Shown piece by piece: positions 51,601 through 63,489 of a DNA stretch of 64,000 nucleotides (position 1 is its first letter; the number at the start of each line of letters is the position of its first letter). The notes below the pieces were generated by a model. The model saw only the letters and a list, made by a program, of their open reading frames with translations, was not told the DNA's origin and did not search any database. This DNA is from Antedon mediterranea (lineage: Eukaryota > Animalia > Echinodermata): assembly GCF_964355755.1 (NCBI RefSeq), contig NC_092671.1:16864001-16928000 (forward strand), written 5' to 3'. Made by a program: the position numbers and the translations under genes.

Positions 51601-54600
51601 ACAATTCTAATGGTTGACAATAAATCTTATTTTGAATTTTAATTGTTTCAATAGTATTTTACAGGGCCTATGGCGTTTCTGCAATCTGAATTTTTTAATA
51701 GTTAACAGTATTTTAACATAGGCCTATAAATAGTATTTTAACATTACCTTTTGCAATTTGATGTATTTTTCTTTGTTGTCTTATCTATATATAAATTTAC
51801 GTAAGGGCAAAATTCGGTAAATCTCGGTTTATTTCTAGAATTTCTACTCGATGGTTGGTTCATACTTTCGGTACTGATTTTAACCATCTGATGTAACCCT
51901 GTTTACTAATTAAATTGAGTTAGGTAATTAGTTATTGACGATTAAAACGAATTTAGGTTCAACGATTTGCCCCAAATAGGGGTGTTTTCCGATCGTGGTA
52001 TACACTGTCTAATGGATGTCCATCTTGAAAAATACCCGCCACAAAAATACGAGGAGGCTTCGCATTTTCCTATCTCCTCCTACGATAATTGTTTTTAATA
52101 GCTGAAAACTGGTTGAACAGCTAGAGTACAGCATCATAATGTTGAAGACAGGCCGATTTTCTTAAAAAAATACTATTTTGATAGATTTAATATACGATTA
52201 TACAAATGTATTGATTTGCGATGAATGGAACATTCCAATCTCTGTTTCACAAGTGTCTATTCCCTCAGGCGTCGTAAAGGCAAGTACAGTACTGTATACT
52301 CGAAATTCGATCCATTTTTGTTTTCAATCTGTGCTGCAGAGGTTGGATATAATTCAACAAAGTATTACTTCGCAATGTTTTACTGTGTTTAGTGGTATAT
52401 TATTTGTAAAACATGAAAGCAATTAATATTTCGTTACTAAATGGATAAAGAATATATTTTAACATTGTTCCTCTTTGCACCCATCCTCTTCCCCATCCCT
52501 CAACCCTAATGTTACATACAAAACACAAATTAAGTTTGTTTAAATTTGACTTAAACAATTGGTCTTATTTGTGATAAGTTTCTCTTTCGGAAGTAATAGG
52601 GTGCTGATTTTAGTTGAGTACATAAATCACAGTGTCTATTTATTCGTTCCTGTACACGACATGTATTATTGTCCTGCGGTACGTACATTTGAAATCGCCA
52701 GTTTTTTAACGCTGAAATTATTATGTATTCGAGAACCATCTGTGGGCACGACCTAGATGGTACGCGAGCGAAGCGAGCGTACCATCTAGTTGTCTTAATT
52801 ATGTCAAGAAAAACAAATTTCCATTTTAAAGTGGACCAATAAAATTTCTTGAATTTGAATAATTACTGGTGTACTGGTGCATCTTATCCCCTGCCATAAT
52901 GGACAGATGAATGAGCACTGTTTGGTGTAAGTTTGAAAAGAAGGGAAGATAGAAGATTGTTGTATGTGTCTTTGAGATGGTTATAGTATAAAGTGCAATA
53001 TAAAAAATACAAATACATTACATTCCATTTTATATCCAGGGCTATTGAATTTGGATGTTGAAACTTACCTGACATATGGCAGAGAGGCAATTACCTGAAA
53101 CCTCTCCCATTCCACCTCTAATCCTTGACGAATTCCTCGTCTTAAAACAAGTTTCATTCGGCCATAATCTTGGCTACCTTCTAATCTTGCCTCGCAGAAA
53201 ACAAAAAATATATCTCGGTGGTAAACTATTGCTGGTATTCTAATAAAAAATAAAGAAAATTTGAGTTTATTTACACTTAATAAAAAGTAAGCTTTGTGGT
53301 TGAAACGGCTGCTTATTAAACCCAAAGCAACATGGTTAAAATTTTAGCTAATTTATCAAGATTCAGTATCTCTCATAGCTGTTACGGAGCTTTGAATTTG
53401 CGACGACCGACAACTAACCTAGGTCAGGTCAATTGATTGTCGTCAGTCAATGCCTGGACCTAGCTAGCAGAAACTATCAAATCTGCATCGAGGTGAGGAG
53501 CCAGGACACACGTCTCAATATTTCTGCATGCGCACAATGAACTAACATGACGTAGTTTGGTCATCGGTCATACTGTAGCTAAGCTCCCTATTAATACAGC
53601 CTCTACTCATACAAAAAAAGAAAGTATGCGGTCGTTTTTCAAGTTTACTTGCTGTTGGACTTTTTTTTAAACTGTCTATACATACAAAATAACATTTACA
53701 AGTTGGTCTTTCCTATTTACACAGATTTCTTATCTCTTAAAACATATTCTACTTCTCTGTCTCGGTTTTACTTTACTATTGTAAAGTATAGACACATATC
53801 TTATCAATCACGCATCACATACTGTAATATACTAGTATAATATATATTCCATTTAAAATGTTATTTATTATTGTACAATTCTTTAAAAAATCATTCCTTA
53901 CCTTGCCTTAAATAATGTGAAGGAAGGTGAATCATATATAGATTGCGTATAAATAACTGAAAATATAAATTATTAAATCATTTAATCACACTGTACATTA
54001 TATCAGGAAGTTGTTACTCCCTGATTATATTATGCATACTTTGATATTATACTAATATCTAATAATAAAAGCCTCACAAGCATAGTATTCATACAATCAC
54101 CACCTTAGATTTACATTGTATTGTTCTAATCAAATGTCAACAATGTTTTAAATATAATTATTAGCCTGTCTCAATTGTTAAGACTGTATAAAGCAGGCTT
54201 GGAGAATTTGAACCCTGTGATTATTTTAAATTCACAATTACAATATATTGTACTTTTATTATATACTGTATGTTTTTAAAATTAATTTACACATTCAGTA
54301 TATTCATTAAGGCATATTCATACAATACACCATGCTTAATTGTAATGATCAATAAAGTGTTCTTTTACAGTAGTAAAGCATAAAGAAATATAAGCATCTT
54401 TTATTTTAGCTTCTAGATTTTTTTATTATTTACAATTTACATTTCCTGTGAATGTTCTCATACTCATTGCAGCTGTGTAATTCTGATTATCAAATATTGA
54501 CATAAAAAATGTGAATATGGCAGCGAATATTAATTCTTCTTTTTTAAAAATTTTATTTATTTGTTGGAGTGGCACGCCTAACATGGCAACAGAAGCTGTT

Positions 54601-57600
54601 GGACTCTTTTGCCACTTCTTGGCGCAATCAATCTGTTGTTGTTGTCTGTTTATGTTTGCCAAAATTAATAAAATGAAATTAATATTATAATTATTCTTCA
54701 CTGCAACCAAAGATTTTTTTTTTCTCTTTTGTTGGGGTCACTCACATTTATTCATTCTGTTAATGTTATACGGTACCTTATACAAAAATATATATATTAT
54801 ACATACATTTTTGTAAAAATATAAAAAGAATAAAATTCAATGTAACCAAAGGTAATAATAAAAAGAGAGAGAAAAAAACCAATAAGCAGTGAAAAGAAAT
54901 GGAAACAGGTGGCAAGCATCCCTACACTACACCCCCAACTACCTTTAAAGGCATCATAATATTGAAAAATCACATAATTACCTCCGCCAAGGAGGTTATG
55001 TTTTCACCCCTGTATGTTTGTGTGTTTGTGTGTCTGTGAACAGCCTGGAGGCCACAGTTTTTATCCGATTCTCACCAAATTTGGCCACAATGATCTATGC
55101 CCCAAAAGCTCGGACGAGTTCGAATTTGAGGGGAAAAGGTCATAGGTCAAGGTCACAACTAACAAAAAACTATTTTACTGCCTAGAGACTACAGTTTTTA
55201 TCCGATTCTCACCAAACTTAGCCACAATGATCAATGACTCATCATATAATTGTGGTTACATTTTGAAGGATCAGGGTTAAAGATCAAGACCCACAAAAAA
55301 AAAAAATAATTTAAAAAAAAACCTCAGCGGGACTTGAACCAGGGATCTCAACTGTAAGAGGCTGGATACATAACCATTACACCAAACTCTCATCCACTAC
55401 TTTGTAGTGTGCAGTTAGCCTATTTACACTTAGAACTAATAAAAAGTGTAAAAAAAACAAAAAAACATTTTCAAGGGGAATTTTATGTAGGGGAATTTTA
55501 CAGTAGGCGGAGGTTTGTACTCTCTGAGTACCCTCTAGTTTATCCCATATGTACATACTGTACATGGAAAAAAAATGTGATTTTCATATTAATAGAATAA
55601 TTGCGAACTTGGCCTTTGAAACACAATCTATAAAACAGGTGTGGCTGTGCTGAATCACATTATAATGTTTGTTAAAGACGTTTTTATTATAAACATTTTG
55701 TTCTTTATTTTTTATTTCATGGCAATACAAAGCATCAATAATAGGTTGAATATAACATAAACAAGTTTTTAAATATGCATTAACTGGGTACAAGGCTGTG
55801 TACTTACTACTACAAGGTAATATGTTTTGAATCATAATTTAATGTACAGTACTAAGTAAGAAGCTTACCTTTAGATGGTGTCTGCCAACCTTTATTTAGA
55901 TCTAATGAATGCATTGTAAAATTATCAAATAAAGGATTCACTTTAAGCGTGCTATTTACATCAGCAAAAGGTGTTGAACATTTCTCTGCAATAAAGTAAA
56001 AAAAAATAAACAAATGTGACATATAATATTCTGTAATATAGCAACATTAATTCACCTTGTAACATTAACAATAATCAAAGACAGATCGTGTTTGCATTAG
56101 TTTGTGTTTTGATTACCTGTACATAAACATCTTGTGCCTACATTTAAATCTAATATTTTAACATTTCTTCTAGAAAGACGTATATGAACCTGTTATTGAA
56201 ATCAACTTCATAGTGAATCATCATCATCATCATCTATATTTAACGCTACTAAATATTTTGCATTATGTGTTCACATTTGGCACACTGATGTTTATAGATG
56301 GGCCGCACACGATAGGCTATGTCACTTTCCTGAATTTTAAGGAAACACTAAAAAAAGGCAAAAAATAGCAGTAATTTGACGTCTCAGCGACCATGTTATG
56401 TCACAAACGACGCAACCTCCTCCATTGTGTAAAATTTAAATGAATAAACTTAACAATTCATGTTTCCGCACAATGTGTTTCATTCGATTTGTGTCCAATT
56501 TTTTATTTTATCCCTATGTATCAAAAAATAATTAATACACCACTAAAAACACCCAAAATAATATAGTTTGGCATTTTATACTTTGTTATGTGTTTGCATG
56601 CATCATCTAATTCACACAGCACAATTTTTCTTTAGCGTCTTTTATTTTCATAAAATCTGAAGTGAACAGTCAAAAGTAAAGTAAGTCTAAAGTTCCATAT
56701 CCACTATTGCTTTAATGTTTTAGCCTACATATATTTTAAAGTGAAGGGATAGTGTATAACAGATCAATGGCCGTAAATACAGTAGTTCCGAATTTTATTC
56801 GTGATAATTTGTTTTTATTTTAATAATTTACTTTAATCAGAGTGCGCTTTTATACTTGCCCATGCAAAGTATATAACCACATATTAAGGCAGAAGAAGAA
56901 GACAGTGTGGAGCACGGGTTACTGCTAGTTTATTATAATTATATTTTTCAGTTTTTATCTTTTTTTTAGAACTTTCTTTTTGTATTGTATACATATACAG
57001 TAAATTGCAAAAAAAAAAAGGTAAAAACACACTTTTTGTTTTTTCAACCCATGGAGAAATGTCTCCATGCTCACCCGAAGGGTTATTTAACAGATAGGGG
57101 TTGGCTGTAGTGTTAAAACATATATTCTATTCTACTCATTTGGTTATATAATAAGGAAAGTGTCTCCTTTATAGAGTATACAGTACAAAAGGTTCTAATG
57201 TAACATATTTCAAAATAGATCATTAATTGAAATAAAAAAATCTTGTATGACGTATTGATCATTAATTTGTACATGAATTTGAAACTGTTTCATTAACCAG
57301 CGAACAGTAGCTAGTTTTGAAACTCTAAATTATACATGGATTCTTCAAAAGTAAACTTCATTATCTTTGGAATGACTTTGGTAACATATGCAAGTTGTGG
57401 ACATATTAGTTTTTAATGAGTTAATATTCTGAATAGACTGACTGCTAATATATACAATTACATTATACTGTAATACTGAAATCAAGTAGACTGTAATGAT
57501 TAAGAGTTCTATTAGTTGTGAAGCAATATAAACCAGCCTAAATCAATATCTTAATGTACACAAAAGTAAACGAACCCATTGAAATAAGGCCTCTTTAAGT

Positions 57601-58522
57601 AAACAATACCAAGTGGAAACATGTACATGTATTTGGTTAATTTCCAGATTCATAAACCCATCTGAGATGGAAGAAATGTTTAGTAATACAGCACTAAAAT
57701 TACATATAAATATACAGTCAACTCGTTTTACTTTATTTACCTATGACTGTGTTACCTACTACAGTAGTCATATCGCTAAATTCGCGGATTATTCTACCAT
57801 TTGTAGGTCTAATCAATGATGACAGTGATGATTCTAATTATCGCAACCAAGTTAAACGAGTTGTAGACTGGTGTAACAAAAACAATCTGTTCTTGAATGT
57901 ATCTAAGACCAAAGAAATGGTTGTAGACTTCCGAAAATCACTTAATGTTGTGGGTGTACCACAAACTGATTTTAAGTTAGTTTGTGGTACACCGCATAGT
58001 TCTGTAAGAATTAATTAATAATAATACTTTGATCGTCGACATTGATGTTTTGTCATACAAACCTTCATCACACAACATATAAACAGACATTACTTTTTTT
58101 TACTTTACTCATTATGTTGTGTGTACTTTATTAAATATATTATTTCATATATCATTCATAATGAGTGGGTTTTGGTTTGAGTCTGTATTTAAAAGCAAAA
58201 TTAGTTTTGTTCATTCTTCTTGTTGCCAAAAAGTTTGATAAAAATACACTTTTAATAATTAAATGTGATTTTAAATACTGTACTTACCCTGTAAAACGCC
58301 TAAAACAGGACGGTTATTAAATGTATTCCTCAGCGTATCCCCAAATTGACGAATCTTATTATTGGAATAACGCATCATGAATGGAACCTTATTGCCTAGG
58401 TCAAACTGTAAGTAACTAAACATCATGAAGAAAGAAAACGATGACAAAAACATGAGGAGAACAAACATGTGATGTAGAAAAGTTGTAGTGTCTTTCCGCA
58501 TCTTGAAAACTTGATGTTGCAT
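42638..58522 (-). CDS. Sialidase/neuraminidase (GH33, NEU2/3/4-like), 10 coding exons, N-terminal hydrophobic anchor
   Basis: Minus-strand exons 58522 (or 58501)-58288, 55985-55869, 53956-53902, 53239-53069, 50745-50607, 49111-49018, 45917-45840, 45443-45298, 43708-43520, 42985-42638; all GT-AG and in phase. Motifs ARIP, FCEAR, MNPSPVVD, GPGHSIQL, NEVQAVE, INSR, GYSDI, VYEGG; Asp boxes SYDLGLSW, SDDGGVSW, SFDAGVTL, SKDDCSTW. The start codon is uncertain. Confidence 0.92.
43892..44041. mobile_element. MITE (~150 bp)
   Basis: TIRs GCTCTGTCTACACTAT and ATAGTGTAGACAGAGC; a decayed relative lies at ~10160-10275. Confidence 0.75.
44117..44803. mobile_element. Non-autonomous PIF/Harbinger-like DNA transposon
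   Basis: TAA|CACCCGTATTCTTAAACCGGACTTTAGTT ... AACTAAAGTCCGGTTTAAGAATACGGGCG|TAA: ~29-bp TIR with a TAA duplication. Confidence 0.88.
46251..46710. repeat. Tandem repeat, 60/52 bp units, ~8 copies
   Basis: ACAAATAATGCATGAGTGCATTAGTAGAGATACGGCGCACTCGAGGGTATTT(ACAATTGC). Confidence 0.96.
46753..48906. mobile_element. 2.15-kb non-autonomous DNA transposon, hAT-like ends, 5-bp target duplication
   Basis: AAAGA|CAGGGCTGCAAATTAA ... TTAATTTGCAGCCCTG|AAAGA: perfect 16-bp TIR; no transposase ORF recognised. Confidence 0.88.
49680..49724 (+). ncRNA. Minimal type I hammerhead ribozyme motif with one core substitution
   Basis: CTGCA-CTGACGA-GATCT(AATA)AGATT-GAAC-CAGTACTG-TC-TGCAG: stem I, CUGANGA core, stem II, GAAC instead of GAAA, palindromic stem III, GUC site. 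Confidence 0.7.
49737..50445. mobile_element. Non-autonomous element with two adjacent inverted-repeat systems
   Basis: Hairpin 49737-49898 (arms ~75 bp, loop GAGGCAACGCCG). 49900-49933 (TTATATAACA..ATTCCTGTCATTTGA) is inverted at 50412-50445. Confidence 0.65.
50701..51153. repeat. 160-bp tandem triplication spanning a sialidase splice acceptor
   Basis: Units start at 50701, 50861 and 51021 (ATAACAT.AC.TTG.TTATCTACTAC..GGCTTGGATTCA.AG.CCTGAC). Confidence 0.9.
51784..52789 (+). mobile_element. Non-autonomous Helitron-like element (~1 kb)
   Basis: A|TCTATATATAA at the 5' end; subterminal GC-rich CGCGAGCGAAGCGAGCG and CTAG|T at the 3' end. Confidence 0.75.
54978..55541 (+). mobile_element. Helentron/HINE (DINE-1-like) non-autonomous element
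   Basis: Starts TTACCTCCGCCAAGGAGGTTATGTTTT, then a TGT(G/C)-type microsatellite, duplicated CAGTTTTTATCCGATTCTCACCAAA, AGGTCAAGGTCA, subterminal inverted GGCGGAGG, hairpin TACTCTCTGAGTA and CTAGTTT end. Confidence 0.8.
56233..56928 (+). mobile_element. Non-autonomous Helitron-like element
   Basis: A|TCTATATTTAA start; GTGTGGAGCACGGG hairpin-like motif and CTAG|T end. Confidence 0.55.
57722..57950 (+). mobile_element. Decayed LINE RT fragment (Rex1/Babar-like)
   Basis: Frameshifted TLFTYDC...AKFADYSTI and VGLINDDSDDSNYRNQVKRVVDWCNKNNLFLNVSKTKEMVVDFRK. Confidence 0.8.
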
Positions 58523-60144
58523 GTAACAAGTTGAACTTTCCGCAGCATTACAGTTAGCCTGTGAAATCGATTTAAATTGCGTATAATTTAGTGTGTCCAA
58601 TGCCTTTCTATTGGCTACAACCATAAAAAACATCATTTATTCTATTGTCTCAGCATAGAGTTTGAGAACTAGACTGTCACTGTGTGTTACGATAATAACT
58701 TCTCCAGTAATGACCGCAATAAATCCTTAACTTTTAATATATATATATATGTATTCCGAGTGTAAAACCCTAAATTTACCGTACCTTTCTTTAGTTACTG
58801 TAGACTTAGAAATATACGACGGCACTAAACGTATCAAAATAACATTGTGGGGAATTTTGTACAAAATGTTGGGTTTACATTATGGCCGTCATAACCTACC
58901 TAGCGTACTAGCAAGCAAGGAGAGGCCTCTACCTAGGCCTACACCAAAGATAATAAAGGGAGAAGATACAGTACAACAGTTCCGTTGGCGGTGTAAACCA
59001 CATCCGGGTTACTATTTGCCTACGCCTGAAGGTGGCACATTTCTTTTTCGCTAGAAGAAGTGCGCCACCTTCAGGCGTGGGTAAGGTAAAACTTTTATTG
59101 TAAATATCTATAAAAATGCAAACGATGATTATTTATCAAAATGATTATCAAAATATTAATATCGAGAACACATCAGATCATCACGATCCATCGAAACGTG
59201 GGATTAGACGGGAACCATATCTAGAGCCCGCCGTCGTTCGGCTGCTGGATTCTTACGCATCCATGAAAGCACGTCCGCGTTTCCTATCCTTCTATGTATA
59301 ACAGCGCGTACTGTTGATTCTTTACCTATTTATATTCTTTGCCTTCTACACCTATTATTAATAAGCTATTGACTGCCACCTTACCTATATTGTTGTAGTA
59401 ACTAGTAGGGTGGGTAGGTAAACTATATATCTACTAGCTAGCTAGGCCTATTACTATTATTAGGCCTAGCGCATATAGAGACATCGTTTATTTGCGCTAT
59501 ATAAATCTATCTAGCCTCTAGGCCTATTATTATTATTATTAGCTAGTACGTTGCCTAGGCAGTGCTAATGCACCTTCGCACCACAATCTGTCTAGCTTAC
59601 CAAATTTAAAAACATTCACATGGTGGTGGCGAGTAACTAATGCCCTGTTTTAGGTGCGCAAGTGTAGTAGCGCCGCCTGGGGTAGGTAGGCCCAGCTAGA
59701 CCTAGTAAAGTAGACTAGAACTTAGCACTATACAGCTAATTGTCATTTATGATTTATTTAATATTTGTTTTACCTAATTTATACTACTAGGAAGAGCCTT
59801 TCCCTTCTTCTCTCTCCGTCGTGTGTACCCCTTCTTCCTTCTTCTCAACTTCTTCCCACATACTCGACTCTACTCTCTCAGCTTGAGGGCGCTCTGCTAC
59901 TCGACTCGGTTTTTTCCTCCTTAAACAGGTATATAAACTATACCAAACTGGCGAGTAAATCATGTTTTACTTTTAAAACCTCGCAACGTCTGGTTGAAAA
60001 GGCTACTCGGACCAATAATTTCTATTAGCCTAGGGGTTATTGCGATTTGGACGTTTCTGATTGACTGTAGCCATGGACTATATTGATTAACACTGTTCTG
60101 ATTGGTTGTAGCTTTGAATACATCTTCTCGGAACTCGTCCTTAA

Positions 60145-60925
60145 TACAATAGCAATTTAGCACAGTGTTTTACTATAATTAAATAGCAATTTAGGTAAAT
60201 GTCTTTTGAAATAAAATTAAATAAATTATAACCAATTTGGTTAGAGTAAAACACAATGATAAAGAATAGGAAACATTTAATAATATGATAAATTACATTT
60301 ACATAGCAATTTAGCACTGTGTTTTACTATAACCAATTTGGTTAGAGTAAAACACAATGATAAAGAATAAGAAACATTTAATAACATGATAAATGACATT
60401 TAGCAATTTAGCACTGTGTTTTACTATAACCAATTTGGTTAGAGTAAAGCACAATGATAAAGAATAGGAAACATTTAATAACATGATAAATGACATTCAC
60501 ATAGCAATTTAGCACTGTGTTTTACTATAACCAATCAGATTAGAGTAAAACACAATGATAAAGAATAGGAAACATTTAATAATATGATATATAACATTTA
60601 CATAGCAATTTAGCACTGTGTTTTACTATAACCAATTTGGTTAGAGTAAAACACAATGATAAAGAATAGGAAACATTTAATAATATGATAAATTAAATTT
60701 ACATAGCAATTTATCACTGTGTTTTACTATAACCAATTTGGTTAGAGTAAAACACAATGATAAAGAATAAGAAACATTTAAGAATATGATAAATGACATT
60801 CACATAGCAATTTAGCACTGTGTTTTACTATACCAATTTGATTAGAGTAAAACACAATGATAAAGAATATGAAACATTTAATAATATGATAAATTGCTAG
60901 CACTGTGTTTTACTATACCAATTTA
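60145..60925. repeat. ~101-bp tandem repeat with internal palindrome, ~7 copies
   Basis: Unit contains TGTGTTTTACTATAACCAA-T-TTGGTTAGAGTAAAACACA; related monomers at ~62870, ~63465 and ~63960. Confidence 0.93.
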
Positions 60926-61329
60926 GTTTTGGATAAAGAATATGAATTTAAAGAATGGATATAATATGATATGATACAATATGATTTTCTCCCAATTAGT
61001 AAGACATTTTGGAATACTGCGTGCGTAGTGCACCTAACAAGATCATGTTCGCTATTTAAAACTCACATTTTAAAACCGTAAACGCATAAATTTGCGGACA
61101 TACTCGTAAAACACACTTCCAGAGATTTAATAATTTTAACAGTACTACAAAATCCATAATATAAAGTAGTATAGATTTGTACAAAAAGAGCAGAACAATT
61201 AAATTAACTGTCATTTCATCTACTGAACTGTCTCATTACATCTACTGAAAAATTCATCGCGATGAATTTATTTATAATACACCAATCAGATCACACGCAA
61301 TTAGTATGGAATGCCAGTTTAGGCGATGA

Positions 61330-62205
61330 TAAAATCGCGTCGATGATGCAATGAAAATTGCGTCGATGTGATGAAAATTGCGTCGATGAATATAGTATTG
61401 ATGTAATGATGTGATGAACATTGCGTCGATGAAAATTGCGTCGATGTAATGAAAATTGCGTTAATGTGATGAAAATTGCGTCGATGAAAATTGCGTCGAT
61501 GAAAACTGCATCGATGAAAACTGCATCGATGAAAAAAAAAATAATTTTCATCGATGCAGTTTTCATCGATGAAAATTGCGATCTCCCTGCCGGTATGATT
61601 TGAATATGATGTCATGGATGCTGGACATCTGGATTTTATGTACTGAACTGGTGGATTAACGGAAGCAATTAGCTAGAAGATATAATGTGTCCGAAAGGAC
61701 AATAATGGATCCATTGCTAAAATGTGTTGACAATAAATCACTAAAATGTTAATCAGTGCATATATTTCAACATTGTTTTAGTGCGCGATCACTGTGCGCT
61801 TGTCTATAACGCGCGCTAGCGCAAGCGGTAAACATGTTTATCATATCAAAATATTCAGAAACCGTCAATTTTTAGCAACATAATAACATTATTAACATCA
61901 TTATTAACATCATCATTTACTTTACTAGTAGTCATTTTCATCATTGATTGAATTAAAACCATTTGGAATTTTCATAATCAATTAAATTCATCACATCAAT
62001 TTTCATCGATGCAGTTTTCATCGACGCAATTTTCATCGATGCAGTTTTCATCGACGCAATTTTCATCGACGCAATTTTCATCGATGCAATTTTCATCGAC
62101 GCAATGTAAATTGCGTCGACGCAATCTACATTGCATCGACGCAATCTACATTGCGTCGATGCAATTTTCATCGACGCAATTTCATCATCGACGCAATTTT
62201 TATCA
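61330..62205. repeat. Two oppositely oriented arrays of a 15-bp unit (foldback-like)
   Basis: GATGAAAATTGCGTC repeated at ~61330-61580 and its reverse complement GACGCAATTTTCATC at ~61995-62205, separated by ~410 bp of unique sequence. Confidence 0.9.
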
Positions 62206-63489
62206 TCGCCAAAAACTTGTGTAAAACGGCGTTCCATAAGTGACGAATCGCATATTCGCCGTTTATTGTTGAGGCGCGTAAACAGTGTGCGCAATGCACG
62301 TTTTCTTCCCATGACGAGACGAATCGATATTCGACTCTTCGTGTGACGAATAATCGCCAAATTATAATTAATATAATTAATTAATGAAATAAGATACGCA
62401 GTTGATGTTTGCATCAATTGTTCTTTAGAATAAATACTTTCGAAATACAAAACAAAAAATGTGTGGTGAGTGACGATATGTTCAATCATGGACCTATAAA
62501 TTACTAATTTATAGGTCCATGATTCAATATCTGTAGCTTCAATTCAAACATAATGTAACAGAAAATTCGAAGCGTAAAAAACGTTCGTTTACACAACACT
62601 TTTTTTATACTTTATTATTGATTATTATATTATACAGGAATACTATTTATTTCCTCATTTCTACCCAAGAATAAACAATTTTTGGATACAAAACTTTGTG
62701 AATTACATTACCAAAATATTAAAATGAGGATAAAAAAACATCGCGTAAAATACTCGTACTCAAAAGCTTCTGAAATTTGTAGATATATGTCATGAAAAAG
62801 AAATTTGACATTCCCAATAATTTTTTTTGGCAAAAATGTAATATATGAAACATACAATTTACATAGTTTATCATTGTTTTTTATTAGAACCAATATGGTT
62901 ACACAGTTAAACATAGTGATAAAGAATAGATACTTGTTAGGTTACTACCCTACCCTCTAGTTTGAAGCGACATTATAAATTCATCGAGAAAAAAAACGTA
63001 TCGTATTCAGAAACGTTTGACATTTTGTATAGATATGTTCAATAAGACAAAACAAATTATAAATTTCAAGACAAATCGATGATTTCCATTATTTGCATTT
63101 CTAAAAATTCACACTTATGAAAAACCATACATTTTCAACATTTCCTTTTTTCTGTGTACCGAGTTTAGAAACTTTTTGAATATATACCAGACGTATTTTT
63201 TTGTGATGCTTTTTCATTTGAATTGTAGTATAAAATGTCATTGAAACGAGATAAAAATCATACAAGACATGTTATAATAGGTTGCTCTATATACATAACA
63301 AAATTAGTTCTTTTTTTTGGTAAGAATCGCCAATGAAGTAGAAAGTTATTTCAGATGTAGTGTGCATTTATACGTCATTAATAGTAGGCCTAAAATATAA
63401 TATTAAATATTATAAAGAATATCAAACATTTTATGTTATGAAAAATAAAATTGACATATAAGTTTATCATTGTGTTTTACTATAACCAT

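Noticed and set aside
61291-62489. ORFs with (IASMK)n, (FIDA)n and (HRRNF)n repeats
   Set aside because: Products of the 15-bp inverted arrays, open in several frames on both strands.
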